This document shows, piece after piece, positions 34,724 through 42,749 of a stretch of DNA of 64,000 nucleotides; position 1 is the stretch's first letter; the number at the start of each line of letters is the position of its first letter. The stretch lies in contig MGFX01000006.1 in the NCBI GenBank assembly GCA_001792115.1, forward strand, positions 82,537-146,536. The letters run 5' to 3'. Under the pieces are notes generated by a model that worked only from the letters and a program-made list of their open reading frames with translations, was not told the origin of the DNA and did no database searches. The DNA comes from Candidatus Woesebacteria bacterium RBG_16_42_24 (lineage in GTDB: Bacteria; Patescibacteriota; Microgenomatia; UBA8517). A program made the translations under genes and the position numbers.

Positions 34724-35974
34724 ATGGAGCCAACAAATAGTCTGCCCAAAATAAACTTCGCTGTAGCTCGAAAAGTAATATTTTCGTTAATTGTTTTATC
34801 AGCCACCTTTTCGGCTGGTTACCTAGTAGGATTTAGGGGCTATCAGGGGAGTCTGACCCAGTTTCCTAAAGTTACTATTAATCGGGAGCTTCCCCAAGAT
34901 AAGAAAGATTTAGACTTTTCTCTTTTTTGGAGAGTTTGGGATACAGTAAATTCCTCCTATTTCGACAAAGAAAAGATAATTCCGGCGCAGATGGTTTACG
35001 GGGCGATTGAAGGGATGGTGCAGGCCTTAGGAGATCCATACACGGTTTTTCTTTCTCCTGATAAAAACAAAGTTGTTCAAGAAGACCTTCTGGGTAGTTT
35101 TGACGGGATAGGAATCCAAATTGGCTTTAAAGGCAGCCAACTTGCAGTTATTGCACCCCTACCAGAGTCACCGGCCGAGAAAGCCGGGATTGAAGCTGGA
35201 GACTTTATAGTTGGTATAAAAGACCCGGAAAAAGGGATAGAACGCGGGACTATTGGTATTTCAATAACCGACGCTGTTTCGGCAATCAGGGGTCCGGCGG
35301 GCTCCGTTGTTACGCTAACCCTTCTGCGCGATGGGGTGGAGGAACCGATTGTTGTTGACGTTACCCGTGAGTCAATTGACGTGCCATCGGTTTCTCTAGC
35401 TTTTGTTGGCGACAAGGAGTCTATCGCCCACGTAAGACTCCTTAAATTCGGTGGAGAAACTGAAGGAGAGTGGGAAAGTGCAGTTACCCAAATTCTGACA
35501 AAACCCGACGTAAAGGGGATAGTCTTGGACCTTCGTAATAACCCGGGTGGATACTTGCAGGGAGCGGTTGATATCGCCAGCGAGTTTATGAAAAATGGAC
35601 ATGTCGTAGTCATTGAAGAAAGGGGCGATGAAAAAAGTGAGTATGTGGTTGAAAAACTCGGAAGGTTTTTGAATACCCCCCTTGTCATTTTGGTTAATGG
35701 GGGATCTGCTTCAGCTTCCGAAATTCTTGCAGGGGCGCTACGCGACGATAAAAAGATTCAACTAGTTGGCGAAACGACTTTTGGCAAAGGAACCATTCAA
35801 GAGCCCCAGCAGGTCGACGGCGGAGCGGGACTTCACATCACGATTGCGAGGTGGCTTACGCCTAGCGGCGTATGGGTTGACGGGAAGGGGTTAACGCCAG
35901 ATTTTGAGCTCGAAAATAATGCTGATACCCCGGAGGATGAGCAGTTGCAAAAAGCGCTAGAGCTACTACAATAA
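34724..35974 (+). CDS. ctpA: Carboxy-terminal processing protease (S41, PDZ)
   Basis: N-terminal TM. PDZ (GIEAGDFIVGI). S41 catalytic region LVNGGSASASEILAGAL. Confidence 0.85.
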   Translation: MEPTNSLPKINFAVARKVIFSLIVLSATFSAGYLVGFRGYQGSLTQFPKVTINRELPQDKKDLDFSLFWRVWDTVNSSYFDKEKIIPAQMVYGAIEGMVQALGDPYTVFLSPDKNKVVQEDLLGSFDGIGIQIGFKGSQLAVIAPLPESPAEKAGIEAGDFIVGIKDPEKGIERGTIGISITDAVSAIRGPAGSVVTLTLLRDGVEEPIVVDVTRESIDVPSVSLAFVGDKESIAHVRLLKFGGETEGEWESAVTQILTKPDVKGIVLDLRNNPGGYLQGAVDIASEFMKNGHVVVIEERGDEKSEYVVEKLGRFLNTPLVILVNGGSASASEILAGALRDDKKIQLVGETTFGKGTIQEPQQVDGGAGLHITIARWLTPSGVWVDGKGLTPDFELENNADTPEDEQLQKALELLQ

Positions 35975-35986
35975 AATTTTATCCTT

Positions 35987-37129
35987 ATGAAGGTACTCAA
36001 TTTAAAAAAGTTTGTCTTAGGGTTTGCAATCGGCCTTTTGATTTTAGTTGCGATAACAGGTGGAGCCATCGCCGACCGGCTATTTGGCTTAAAACCACTC
36101 GATTTATTAATCCCCAGGGAAGGATCTGCTCTTAGATTTGATCAGCGAATTTTGACCGAAGAATCGGTCGTAATTGACGTCGCCGAGCGCGTTTCACCTT
36201 CGGTGGTTACAGTGTCAGTTCAAACCCCCAAAAGAAGAGTCTTGGAATTTTCTCCTTTTGGAGGATTTTCCTCAAGGGTTGAGGGAGGAACCCCACAGGA
36301 TATTGGGACAGGCTTTATAGTTTCCGAAGACGGACTCATCATTACCAATAAGCACGTTGTATCCGCAGACGCAACATATAAAGTAGTTACTAAAGATGGG
36401 AAAGAATACGAGGTGACACAAATAAGTCGCGACCCCTCAAACGATATTGCAGTCATTAAAATAAATGCAAGCGGCTTAACCCCGGTTGAGTTGGGAGATT
36501 CGGGAAATCTTAAGGTGGGGCAGTTTGTGATTGCGATTGGAACAGCTTTGGGCGAGTTTAGGCATACGGTTACTACGGGTGTTATTTCGGGGTTAGGGCG
36601 CGGGATTACTGCGGGTAGTGCACTTGAGGGGTATGTTGAGAAGTTGGACGACGTAATTCAAACCGACGCTGCAATCAATCCGGGGAACTCCGGTGGCCCG
36701 CTTCTAAATTCCGCCGGTCAAGTTATAGGAGTCAATGTAGCCGTGGCCTCGGATGCGCAAAACGTTGGATTTGCTCTGCCGATAAATGTAGTCAAGGAAG
36801 CTCTCGACCAATTCAAAACCACCGGCAAGTTTGCCTCAAAACCCTACTTAGGCGTTGAATATCAAATGATTTCCAAGGATACCGCAATTCTAAATAATGT
36901 TCCCCAGGGAGCTTATGTGGTAAATGTGGTCGAGGGTTCACCCGCCGCAAGCGCCGGAATACAACCCGAGGACATTATTACCAAAATGGCGGGGGAGGAA
37001 CTAAATGAGGATAATACTTTGGCTGATGTTATAGTTAAGAAACAGCCTGGAGAAAAAGTGGATCTTGAAATCTGGCGAGACGGCCAGACTCTCACCCTCT
37101 CCGCCACCCTCTCGGAATTTTCGGAATAA
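35987..37129 (+). CDS. htrA: HtrA/DegP-family serine protease with C-terminal PDZ
   Basis: GTGFIVSEDGLIITNKHVV (His), DIAVIKI (Asp), GNSGGPLLNSAGQVIGVN (Ser). PDZ (GIQPEDIITKMAG). Confidence 0.9.
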   Translation: MKVLNLKKFVLGFAIGLLILVAITGGAIADRLFGLKPLDLLIPREGSALRFDQRILTEESVVIDVAERVSPSVVTVSVQTPKRRVLEFSPFGGFSSRVEGGTPQDIGTGFIVSEDGLIITNKHVVSADATYKVVTKDGKEYEVTQISRDPSNDIAVIKINASGLTPVELGDSGNLKVGQFVIAIGTALGEFRHTVTTGVISGLGRGITAGSALEGYVEKLDDVIQTDAAINPGNSGGPLLNSAGQVIGVNVAVASDAQNVGFALPINVVKEALDQFKTTGKFASKPYLGVEYQMISKDTAILNNVPQGAYVVNVVEGSPAASAGIQPEDIITKMAGEELNEDNTLADVIVKKQPGEKVDLEIWRDGQTLTLSATLSEFSE

Positions 37130-37141
37130 AGTCTTTGGGCA

Positions 37142-38068
37142 TTATTTCTTATAAAATCTTTCTATAACTTCAAGAACAAGCATGGCAGCTCTTTCAGTAA
37201 CTTCCTGTGTTGGGCCCGACGCATCTAGGCAAGCATAAGCGAACGGTTTTTCAAGGCCAGGCAAGCTAAGGCCCCTTAGGTCTCTATGAAACCTTAGATA
37301 TTGTTCGTAAAGAACAGGCAGGAACCTGGGGTGCATTACCATTCCGTATGATTCACGGGGACCTTCACGACCCAGAGACTCTTTTGGGGAAACCAGAAAC
37401 ATGACTACGGCATTGTCAAAATCATTGAGATTGGAAATACCACGATTAACGTTAAAGGTTGACGAGGAGAAAGACTGAGCATCGAATCTTCCATACATAA
37501 AATTGGCTTTGTTAAAAGGCAGAATGTCGATTGGGCCCCTATCGACCAGTAGAATCTCGGGTACCGACCCATAGGGAATCCCTTTTAGGTAAAGATGAAA
37601 TTCTGTAGTATAGGCTATTACTAAAGATGTGACTAATTGTGAGTAGTCAAGGCCAGTTACTCTTTCTTGGCTAAGTCTTTTTATGGGAGATGCCACTTCT
37701 GGTAGTAATTGTACGGAAGGGTTTTGCTGTGATATTTCGCCAAACACTTTTTCGATTAGAGTTGTCTTGCCAGAGCGCGGCATTCCAATTATATGAACCG
37801 CTAGGGGTTTTGATTTATCTCTTTTTAGACCCTCCGGGAAAAAGACCCTATTTATATCTTTTAGTTTCGAAGGCTGGTCTAGCCTGCCTACCCCAGAGAA
37901 TTGAAGGGAAATCTGTGTTTTTAAATGCTCTGCAAGTAGGGTATCGAAATTTTCCTGTCTGTCGTGTACGGGCTTTCCGCTATTAGTTAGTCTAAGAAGA
38001 GCCAGTTTTGCTTCCATATAACGTATATTTTCGAGAGGAAGAGGCGAAGAAATGTCATTTTCATGCAT
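37142..38068 (-). CDS. P-loop NTPase, nucleoside/nucleotide-kinase-like protein (hypothetical), on a cassette inserted after htrA
   Basis: Walker A VHIIGMPRSGKTTLIEKV. LLVDRGPID and FLVSPKESLGREGPRES resemble dNK/zeta-like kinase LID segments. The longer track ORF (to 38488) runs antisense through the duplicated htrA 3' end, so it is trimmed to the ATG at 38068. Confidence 0.5.
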   Translation of the reverse strand: MHENDISSPLPLENIRYMEAKLALLRLTNSGKPVHDRQENFDTLLAEHLKTQISLQFSGVGRLDQPSKLKDINRVFFPEGLKRDKSKPLAVHIIGMPRSGKTTLIEKVFGEISQQNPSVQLLPEVASPIKRLSQERVTGLDYSQLVTSLVIAYTTEFHLYLKGIPYGSVPEILLVDRGPIDILPFNKANFMYGRFDAQSFSSSTFNVNRGISNLNDFDNAVVMFLVSPKESLGREGPRESYGMVMHPRFLPVLYEQYLRFHRDLRGLSLPGLEKPFAYACLDASGPTQEVTERAAMLVLEVIERFYKK

Positions 38069-38154
38069 AATTTTCTGGCAAGTTTCGTAAATATACCATA
38101 AATTAGAGATTTTGAAGTAGACTTTTGTCTCCCGAATGGTAAAATCCTTGGCAG

Positions 38155-38258
38155 ATGTCATTGTCAAAAAACAGCCGGGAGAGGTTGTTTCGCTTGAAAT
38201 CTGGCGCGACGGCCAGACTCTCACATTCTCCGCCACCCTCTCCGAGTTCTCGGAGTAA
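38155..38258. repeat. Partial duplicate (~104 bp, ~85% identical) of the htrA 3' terminus including the stop, then atcacttgac
   Basis: Encodes VIVKKQPGEVVSLEIWRDGQTLTFSATLSEFSE*, against the htrA end DVIVKKQPGEKVDLEIWRDGQTLTLSATLSEFSE*. Confidence 0.85.
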
Positions 38259-38300
38259 ATCACTTGACAAAAGATTTTGCACAGTCTATTATTACACTGT

Positions 38301-38546
38301 ATGACAATAATCTTGAGAAATACGGAGGTCGTTTCTATCTCCTTACCTAAAAGAATTGCTAAGAAGTTAAGAGTGGTTAGCAAAAGTAAAGGGCAATCTC
38401 GCAGCGCCTTTATTGCTTCTTTGATTGATAAAGAAGCAGAAAATGAAAGGTGGAAGTATTTGTTAAAGTTAGGCCGAGAGACCGGCAAGAAATTTAATAT
38501 AACCAGCGAGGATGATATAGACAGAATCTTGCATGAATCTTCCTAG
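38301..38546 (+). CDS. Ribbon-helix-helix (CopG/VapB-like) antitoxin candidate
   Basis: ISLPKRIAKKLRVVSKSKGQSRSAFIASLIDKEAE, a typical RHH beta-strand plus helix pattern. Overlaps the downstream PIN gene by 14 nt. Confidence 0.6.
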   Translation: MTIILRNTEVVSISLPKRIAKKLRVVSKSKGQSRSAFIASLIDKEAENERWKYLLKLGRETGKKFNITSEDDIDRILHESS

Positions 38547-38952
38547 GGTAATCCTGGATACTAATGTTTATATATCAGGACTTTTATATGGTGGGAATCC
38601 CTTATCTTGTTTGGAGTTGGCCCGGGAAAAGAAGATAAGGATATTTACATCTAGAGCACAAATTCTTGAGCTAAGTCAGAAGCTTTATACAAAATTTGAT
38701 TGGAAAGAGGACGATATAAAAAAATTGATTAAGAGTATTGGTTTGTTTACAGAGCTGATTGAGCCGAAACACAGTATAACATTAATAGAGAAAGACGAAT
38801 CGGATAACAGAGTTTTGGAGATAGCAAAAGAGATCGGTGCTGACTTTATAATTTCAGGCGATAAAAAACACATTCTGCCCCTGAAGAAATTTGAAGGAAC
38901 AAAAATCATATCAGCAGCTGATTTCATTAAACAATTCACTCCAGAAAATTGA
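38533..38952 (+). CDS. PIN-domain ribonuclease (VapC-like toxin candidate)
   Basis: N-terminal VILDTNVYISGL (first PIN acidic residue). Later conserved acidic positions at EKDESD and FIISGDKKH. ~139 aa. Confidence 0.68.
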   Translation: MNLPRVILDTNVYISGLLYGGNPLSCLELAREKKIRIFTSRAQILELSQKLYTKFDWKEDDIKKLIKSIGLFTELIEPKHSITLIEKDESDNRVLEIAKEIGADFIISGDKKHILPLKKFEGTKIISAADFIKQFTPEN

Positions 38953-38959
38953 TCTGACC

Positions 38960-38995
38960 CTTTCCGAATTTTCGGAATAAATCACTTGACGAACT
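38960..38995. repeat. Third, short copy of the htrA 3' end plus shared atcacttgac segment
   Basis: ctttccgaattttcggaataaatcacttgacgaac, against the htrA end cctctcggaattttcggaataaa and the copy-2 junction tcggagtaaatcacttgacaaaag. Confidence 0.75.
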
Positions 38996-39020
38996 CTTTT
39001 CATTAATTTAGAATCCGCTC

Positions 39021-39509
39021 ATGGCAGTAGGCGATGGCGAACCTGGCATGGATAGTGTTACTGGAACCAGCGCAGTACGTGGGGAAAGAGAAACAAGTTC
39101 AAGGGAAAAACCGGATAGAAGAACAGTTCCTATCCAAACTCGATTTACCGAGCGGTTTCTTACCCTCTACCAAAGCGATATGGTGTCGCGTCAGGCAGTA
39201 GACGATTTACTTGGTTTTGCTCAAGAAATAATGGAGACAGATGCCGACTTCAAATTAATAATAGCAGACAGGTTGTCTCGAGACTCCATACGTAGGACAC
39301 ACTTAATATTTAGAGCAAATGGAGATCTCGAACTTCAGTTTAGGACAGAAGTATCTGGCTTCAATCCCCACACCCACGTTGGTATCGTTTTTCCTAATCG
39401 ATTTTTCACAAGGGCCTATAGCATTCCCGACAAGTTTGTAGCCCTTATAGACGACGAGAGAATAATGGAGCTGCGTATTTATCAAAATGGAGACATAAGT
39501 CATAAATGA
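39021..39509 (+). CDS. Hypothetical protein (162 aa)
   Basis: ORF with no recognisable domain. Immediately downstream of the third htrA-end repeat. Confidence 0.4.
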   Translation: MAVGDGEPGMDSVTGTSAVRGERETSSREKPDRRTVPIQTRFTERFLTLYQSDMVSRQAVDDLLGFAQEIMETDADFKLIIADRLSRDSIRRTHLIFRANGDLELQFRTEVSGFNPHTHVGIVFPNRFFTRAYSIPDKFVALIDDERIMELRIYQNGDISHK

Positions 39510-39523
39510 ATAACCTCCCGGGT

Positions 39524-40225
39524 TTATTGAAGAAGCCTAGCTAGTTCCACAATCTTATCCAATTCTCCGTTAACTACCGCCTCTAAGTTGTGCCAGGATT
39601 TATTAATTCTATGATCGCTTACGCGATCTTGCGGAAAGTTATAAGTTCTTATTTTCTCGGCTCGCATACCGCGGCCGATGACACTCCTGTAACCAGCTAT
39701 AGTTTTTTCTTTCTCTGCCTCTTTTAACTCCCAAAGTTTGGCACGAAGAAGATCCATTGCGATTTTTCTGTTTTGTTCCTGGAAACGCTCTCTTTGGGCG
39801 GATACCACAATTCCTGTGGGTTTATGAATGAGGCGCACCGCCGTTGAAACCTTTTGCACATTTTGCCCTCCTTGCGATGAGGAGTGGAAAAATTGAATTT
39901 CTAGATCAGATGGATTAATCGTTACTTCGCTCTCTCGTATTTCAGGTAAAACTACCACTGTTGCGGTTGAAGTGTGAATCCTGCCACGCCTTTCGGTAGT
40001 CGGAATTCTTTGGACCCTGTGAACCCCAGATTCGTTTTTAAGCTCATCATAAACCCCGGCCCCTGTAATTTTTATGACATTTACATCAACCGGGAAAACT
40101 TTCCAGCCGCGCCTTCCCGCATATCGCAAATACATTCGAAGTAAATCCGACCCCCAATTCTTGGCCTCATCTCCACCTGTTGCCCCGCGAATTTCTATAT
40201 AAAGCGTTTGAAGCTGATTGTTCAT
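39524..40225 (-). CDS. prfA: Peptide chain release factor 1-like, lacking N-terminal domain 1 (233 aa)
   Basis: HRVQRIPTTERRGRIHTSTATV (RF1 PxT-type tripeptide region), the GGQ motif (SSSQGGQNVQKVSTAVRL) and RTYNFPQDRVSDHRIN. An in-frame upstream stop at 40262..40264 prevents N-terminal extension. Confidence 0.8.
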   Translation of the reverse strand: MNNQLQTLYIEIRGATGGDEAKNWGSDLLRMYLRYAGRRGWKVFPVDVNVIKITGAGVYDELKNESGVHRVQRIPTTERRGRIHTSTATVVVLPEIRESEVTINPSDLEIQFFHSSSQGGQNVQKVSTAVRLIHKPTGIVVSAQRERFQEQNRKIAMDLLRAKLWELKEAEKEKTIAGYRSVIGRGMRAEKIRTYNFPQDRVSDHRINKSWHNLEAVVNGELDKIVELARLLQ

Positions 40226-40231
40226 AATATT

Positions 40232-40316
40232 AGTTTCCAGTTTCCAAATTCCAGATTCCAGTTAAATTCTAATTGCTAAATACAAAATTTGATAATTGAT
40301 TGGAAATTGGAAATTA
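40232..40316. repeat. Heptamer-repeat array in inverted arrangement between prfA and rpmE
   Basis: Left arm agtttccagtttccaaattccagattccagtt. Right arm ttggaaattggaaatt, the reverse complement of the same unit. Confidence 0.85.
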
Positions 40317-40625
40317 TTGCTTGGTTCGAAGGGCCTCAAGTGTATCTGGTCTCTCCATCTCCTCAAGTAGTCTTTTTGCCTTCTTGAGCCTTCTTTTTTC
40401 AGCTTTTGATAAGAAATCCCTCTGAGCACCTGCTTGGCGGGTCTTAAATGCTTCAACTCTTCCGGCTGTATCCACATATTTCATTTGTCCGGTATAGAAT
40501 GGGTGACAGTTGTAGCATACTTCGACCTTAATTTCTGGCACAGTAGCTCCTACGGCAAATGAATTTCCGCAGGCACAGGTTATTTTTGCCTCCGGATACC
40601 AAGTCGGATGTAATTGTACTTTCAC
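40314..40625 (-). CDS. rpmE: 50S ribosomal protein L31 with ~30-aa C-terminal extension
   Basis: MKVQLHPTWYPEAKITCACGNSF...VCYNCHPFYTGQ...GRVEAF. The lysine-rich tail is extra. Confidence 0.82.
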   Translation of the reverse strand: MKVQLHPTWYPEAKITCACGNSFAVGATVPEIKVEVCYNCHPFYTGQMKYVDTAGRVEAFKTRQAGAQRDFLSKAEKRRLKKAKRLLEEMERPDTLEALRTKQ

Positions 40626-40670
40626 AACCTTGAAATTATATCAGAAAAATTTAAACTAGCATAGAATAAT

Positions 40671-40880
40671 ATGCAAGAAAGAGGAGTAAAACGTGGTGGG
40701 CCTGAATTTACTTCAATTGAAGGAGAAGTTTGGTTATACATAATAGAATGGAAAGAAGAGTTCAGAAGCACACCTTCTAGTAGGACCATGGCTAACCATT
40801 TCGGATTATCTCGTAACCAGGTTGATAAAGTTCGTAAGAGTATTCAAAAGAAACTCAACCTGAAACCTGGGTCTGTTTAG
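40671..40880 (+). CDS. Small hypothetical protein, possible HTH
   Basis: MANHFGLSRNQVDKVRKSI is helix-turn-helix-like. Weak. Confidence 0.3.
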   Translation: MQERGVKRGGPEFTSIEGEVWLYIIEWKEEFRSTPSSRTMANHFGLSRNQVDKVRKSIQKKLNLKPGSV

Positions 40881-41787
40881 CTATCTTGCTTTTCTTATAT
40901 TCCGCAATAATGACTCCAGCGGCGATTATAACTCCACCTAAGATAAATGTTGGTGTAATTTTTTCTCCAAGCCAGTAAACTGCCAGAGGAGCTGCGAAGA
41001 GGGGATAAAGATAAGAAAAAACGGCCGCTTCTCCTATTTCAATTGTTTTTTGTCCTGCATGTGAGAGTGTATAGGCCAAGCTTCCAGAAAGGAGGGCCAT
41101 ATAAAAAACCCCCAACTGATATGGAAGAGAAAGATTTTGGATGGTCGAAGTAAGACCCCCCGCCCCATACTTGGCAAGGGCAAACGGTAAAAGCGAAACA
41201 AAGCCGATGACAAAGGAGGAATTTGTCATGGTTAAGGGTTTAACCTCTTCTCGAAGAAGTTGCTTAGCCAGAATTGAAGCAATTATTGTTGACATAATAT
41301 AAAAAACTATCAGGATGTTTCCCGAAAGACGAGTTCCATCACCCCCATTTTGGATAATTGGCTCAATAACAATAAAACCCGTTCCCAAAAGGGCAATTCC
41401 CATTCCAATCTTTTCCCTTAAGGTTACATGCTCCTTAAGAATATAAGCACCAGCCGTTGCGATAAGTAAGGGGTTAATAATGGTAATAATCGTTTCGTCC
41501 AAGACCGTAGTTTTTTCAAGTCCGAAAAATAAAAATCCGAGAGAAATCGTGGAAGTAAAAAGTGCAAAGAAAAGAAGTTTTAGTAGAGTTTTAGGACGGT
41601 GGGGTAAATGCAGTCCAAAGATTATAAAAGATAGGACGGCAACGAGGGACGAGAGGCCAAACCTATACGTTAAAAAGGAGAGAGCGTCGATTCCTCCTAA
41701 GGTATATTTGATAATCGGTCCGGCAAAACCCCAAATAACTGTTGCGGCGAGAATTGCTAAATAGGCTCGCAGGCGATAAGGATTCAT
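40855..41787 (-). CDS. EamA/DMT-family transporter (10 TM)
   Basis: Two EamA-like halves rich in TM helices. Start set to MNPYRLRAYLAILAATVIWGFAGPIIK. Confidence 0.78.
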   Translation of the reverse strand: MNPYRLRAYLAILAATVIWGFAGPIIKYTLGGIDALSFLTYRFGLSSLVAVLSFIIFGLHLPHRPKTLLKLLFFALFTSTISLGFLFFGLEKTTVLDETIITIINPLLIATAGAYILKEHVTLREKIGMGIALLGTGFIVIEPIIQNGGDGTRLSGNILIVFYIMSTIIASILAKQLLREEVKPLTMTNSSFVIGFVSLLPFALAKYGAGGLTSTIQNLSLPYQLGVFYMALLSGSLAYTLSHAGQKTIEIGEAAVFSYLYPLFAAPLAVYWLGEKITPTFILGGVIIAAGVIIAEYKKSKIAKQTQVSG

Positions 41788-41831
41788 ATTCAAATAGTAG
41801 CACGCAGTATGTAGCAAGTAGAATGGGGGAA

Positions 41832-42701
41832 CTAGAGGAGCTCGACAATTCTGTCGACGCCGAAAGAAAATCCGACGGCGGGGATAGTACGCCCCGCAAA
41901 CATTCCTATTAAATTATCGTAGCGTCCACCTCCACCGATTGACTGATCACTAGGTTTCCCGTTAGGTTTTAGCTCAAATATCGAGCCCGTATAATAATCT
42001 GACCCCCTGGCGAGGGTTGGATCAAAAAAGAAATCAACCTGCTCTTTTAAGCCAAATTTGCTCTCTAGTGCTTCGAAGATTTTATTCAAGTTATCGGTTG
42101 GTTTTACATTATCTACAAAGTCCAAAAGGCGCTTTTCGGTATTCTCTTTGCCGACTTTGTAAATCTTATCGATGGTACGAATATCTTCGATGGAGAGCCC
42201 TTCAAAGTTTTTTCTGTCGTTTATCGCCATCTGGGCATCATTTAGACCGAGTTTTCGAATTGCGATAATTCCCGCGGCAATAATTTTTGCATCCTCTGCG
42301 ATATCCGGGCTTCCCACAGTATCTAAATCAAATTGGGTAGATTCACGGTACCTTCCTTTTTGGGGATTCTCACCCCTAAAAATCTGGCCTATTTGGTAGC
42401 GAGAGAAGGTGGGAGATAGAAGATTAAGATTATTGGCAACAAATCGCGCTAAAGGTACGGTTAAGTCGTATCTGAGGGCTAACTTGCGTCCTCCGCGATC
42501 GGTAAATTCGTAAATCAACTTTTCCTCCTCGCCATATTTTCCCTTAAGAGTATCGGCAAATTCGACAGTGGGGGTTTCTAGGGGAACAAATCCAAAATCT
42601 TCCAAAACCGTGGCGATTTTTCCAATAACCTCTCTCCGCTTTTTGGCTAAGCTCGGTTCTAAATCTCTAAAGCCTTTTGGTGTGAGTGGCCCCTTTTTCA
42701 T
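41832..42701 (-). CDS. hisS: Histidyl-tRNA-synthetase-like class II catalytic domain protein, no anticodon-binding domain (289 aa)
   Basis: GFRDLEPSLAKKRREV...FGFVPLETP (motif 1), DRGGRKLALRYDLTVPLAR, FRGENPQKGRYRESTQFDLD (motif 2) and GGGGRYDNLIGMFAGRTIPAVGFSFGVDR (motif 3). The ORF stops right after motif 3. Confidence 0.7.
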   Translation of the reverse strand: MKKGPLTPKGFRDLEPSLAKKRREVIGKIATVLEDFGFVPLETPTVEFADTLKGKYGEEEKLIYEFTDRGGRKLALRYDLTVPLARFVANNLNLLSPTFSRYQIGQIFRGENPQKGRYRESTQFDLDTVGSPDIAEDAKIIAAGIIAIRKLGLNDAQMAINDRKNFEGLSIEDIRTIDKIYKVGKENTEKRLLDFVDNVKPTDNLNKIFEALESKFGLKEQVDFFFDPTLARGSDYYTGSIFELKPNGKPSDQSIGGGGRYDNLIGMFAGRTIPAVGFSFGVDRIVELL

Positions 42702-42749
42702 GATAATTAATGGTATCTTTTCTCCAATAAAAAAACCATAGAGAGGGTC

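Noticed and set aside
38069-38488. N-terminal 140 codons of the minus-strand ORF 37142..38488
   Set aside because: This stretch is the antisense reading of the duplicated htrA 3' end (giving ...VRVWPSRQIS...). The same antisense peptide appears opposite the genuine htrA end (36913..37107). The gene was trimmed to the first ATG downstream of the repeat.
40262-40477. 71-aa minus-strand ORF upstream of prfA as a possible detached RF1 domain 1
   Set aside because: It overlaps the rpmE (L31) gene in another frame and has no similarity to RF1 N-terminal sequences.
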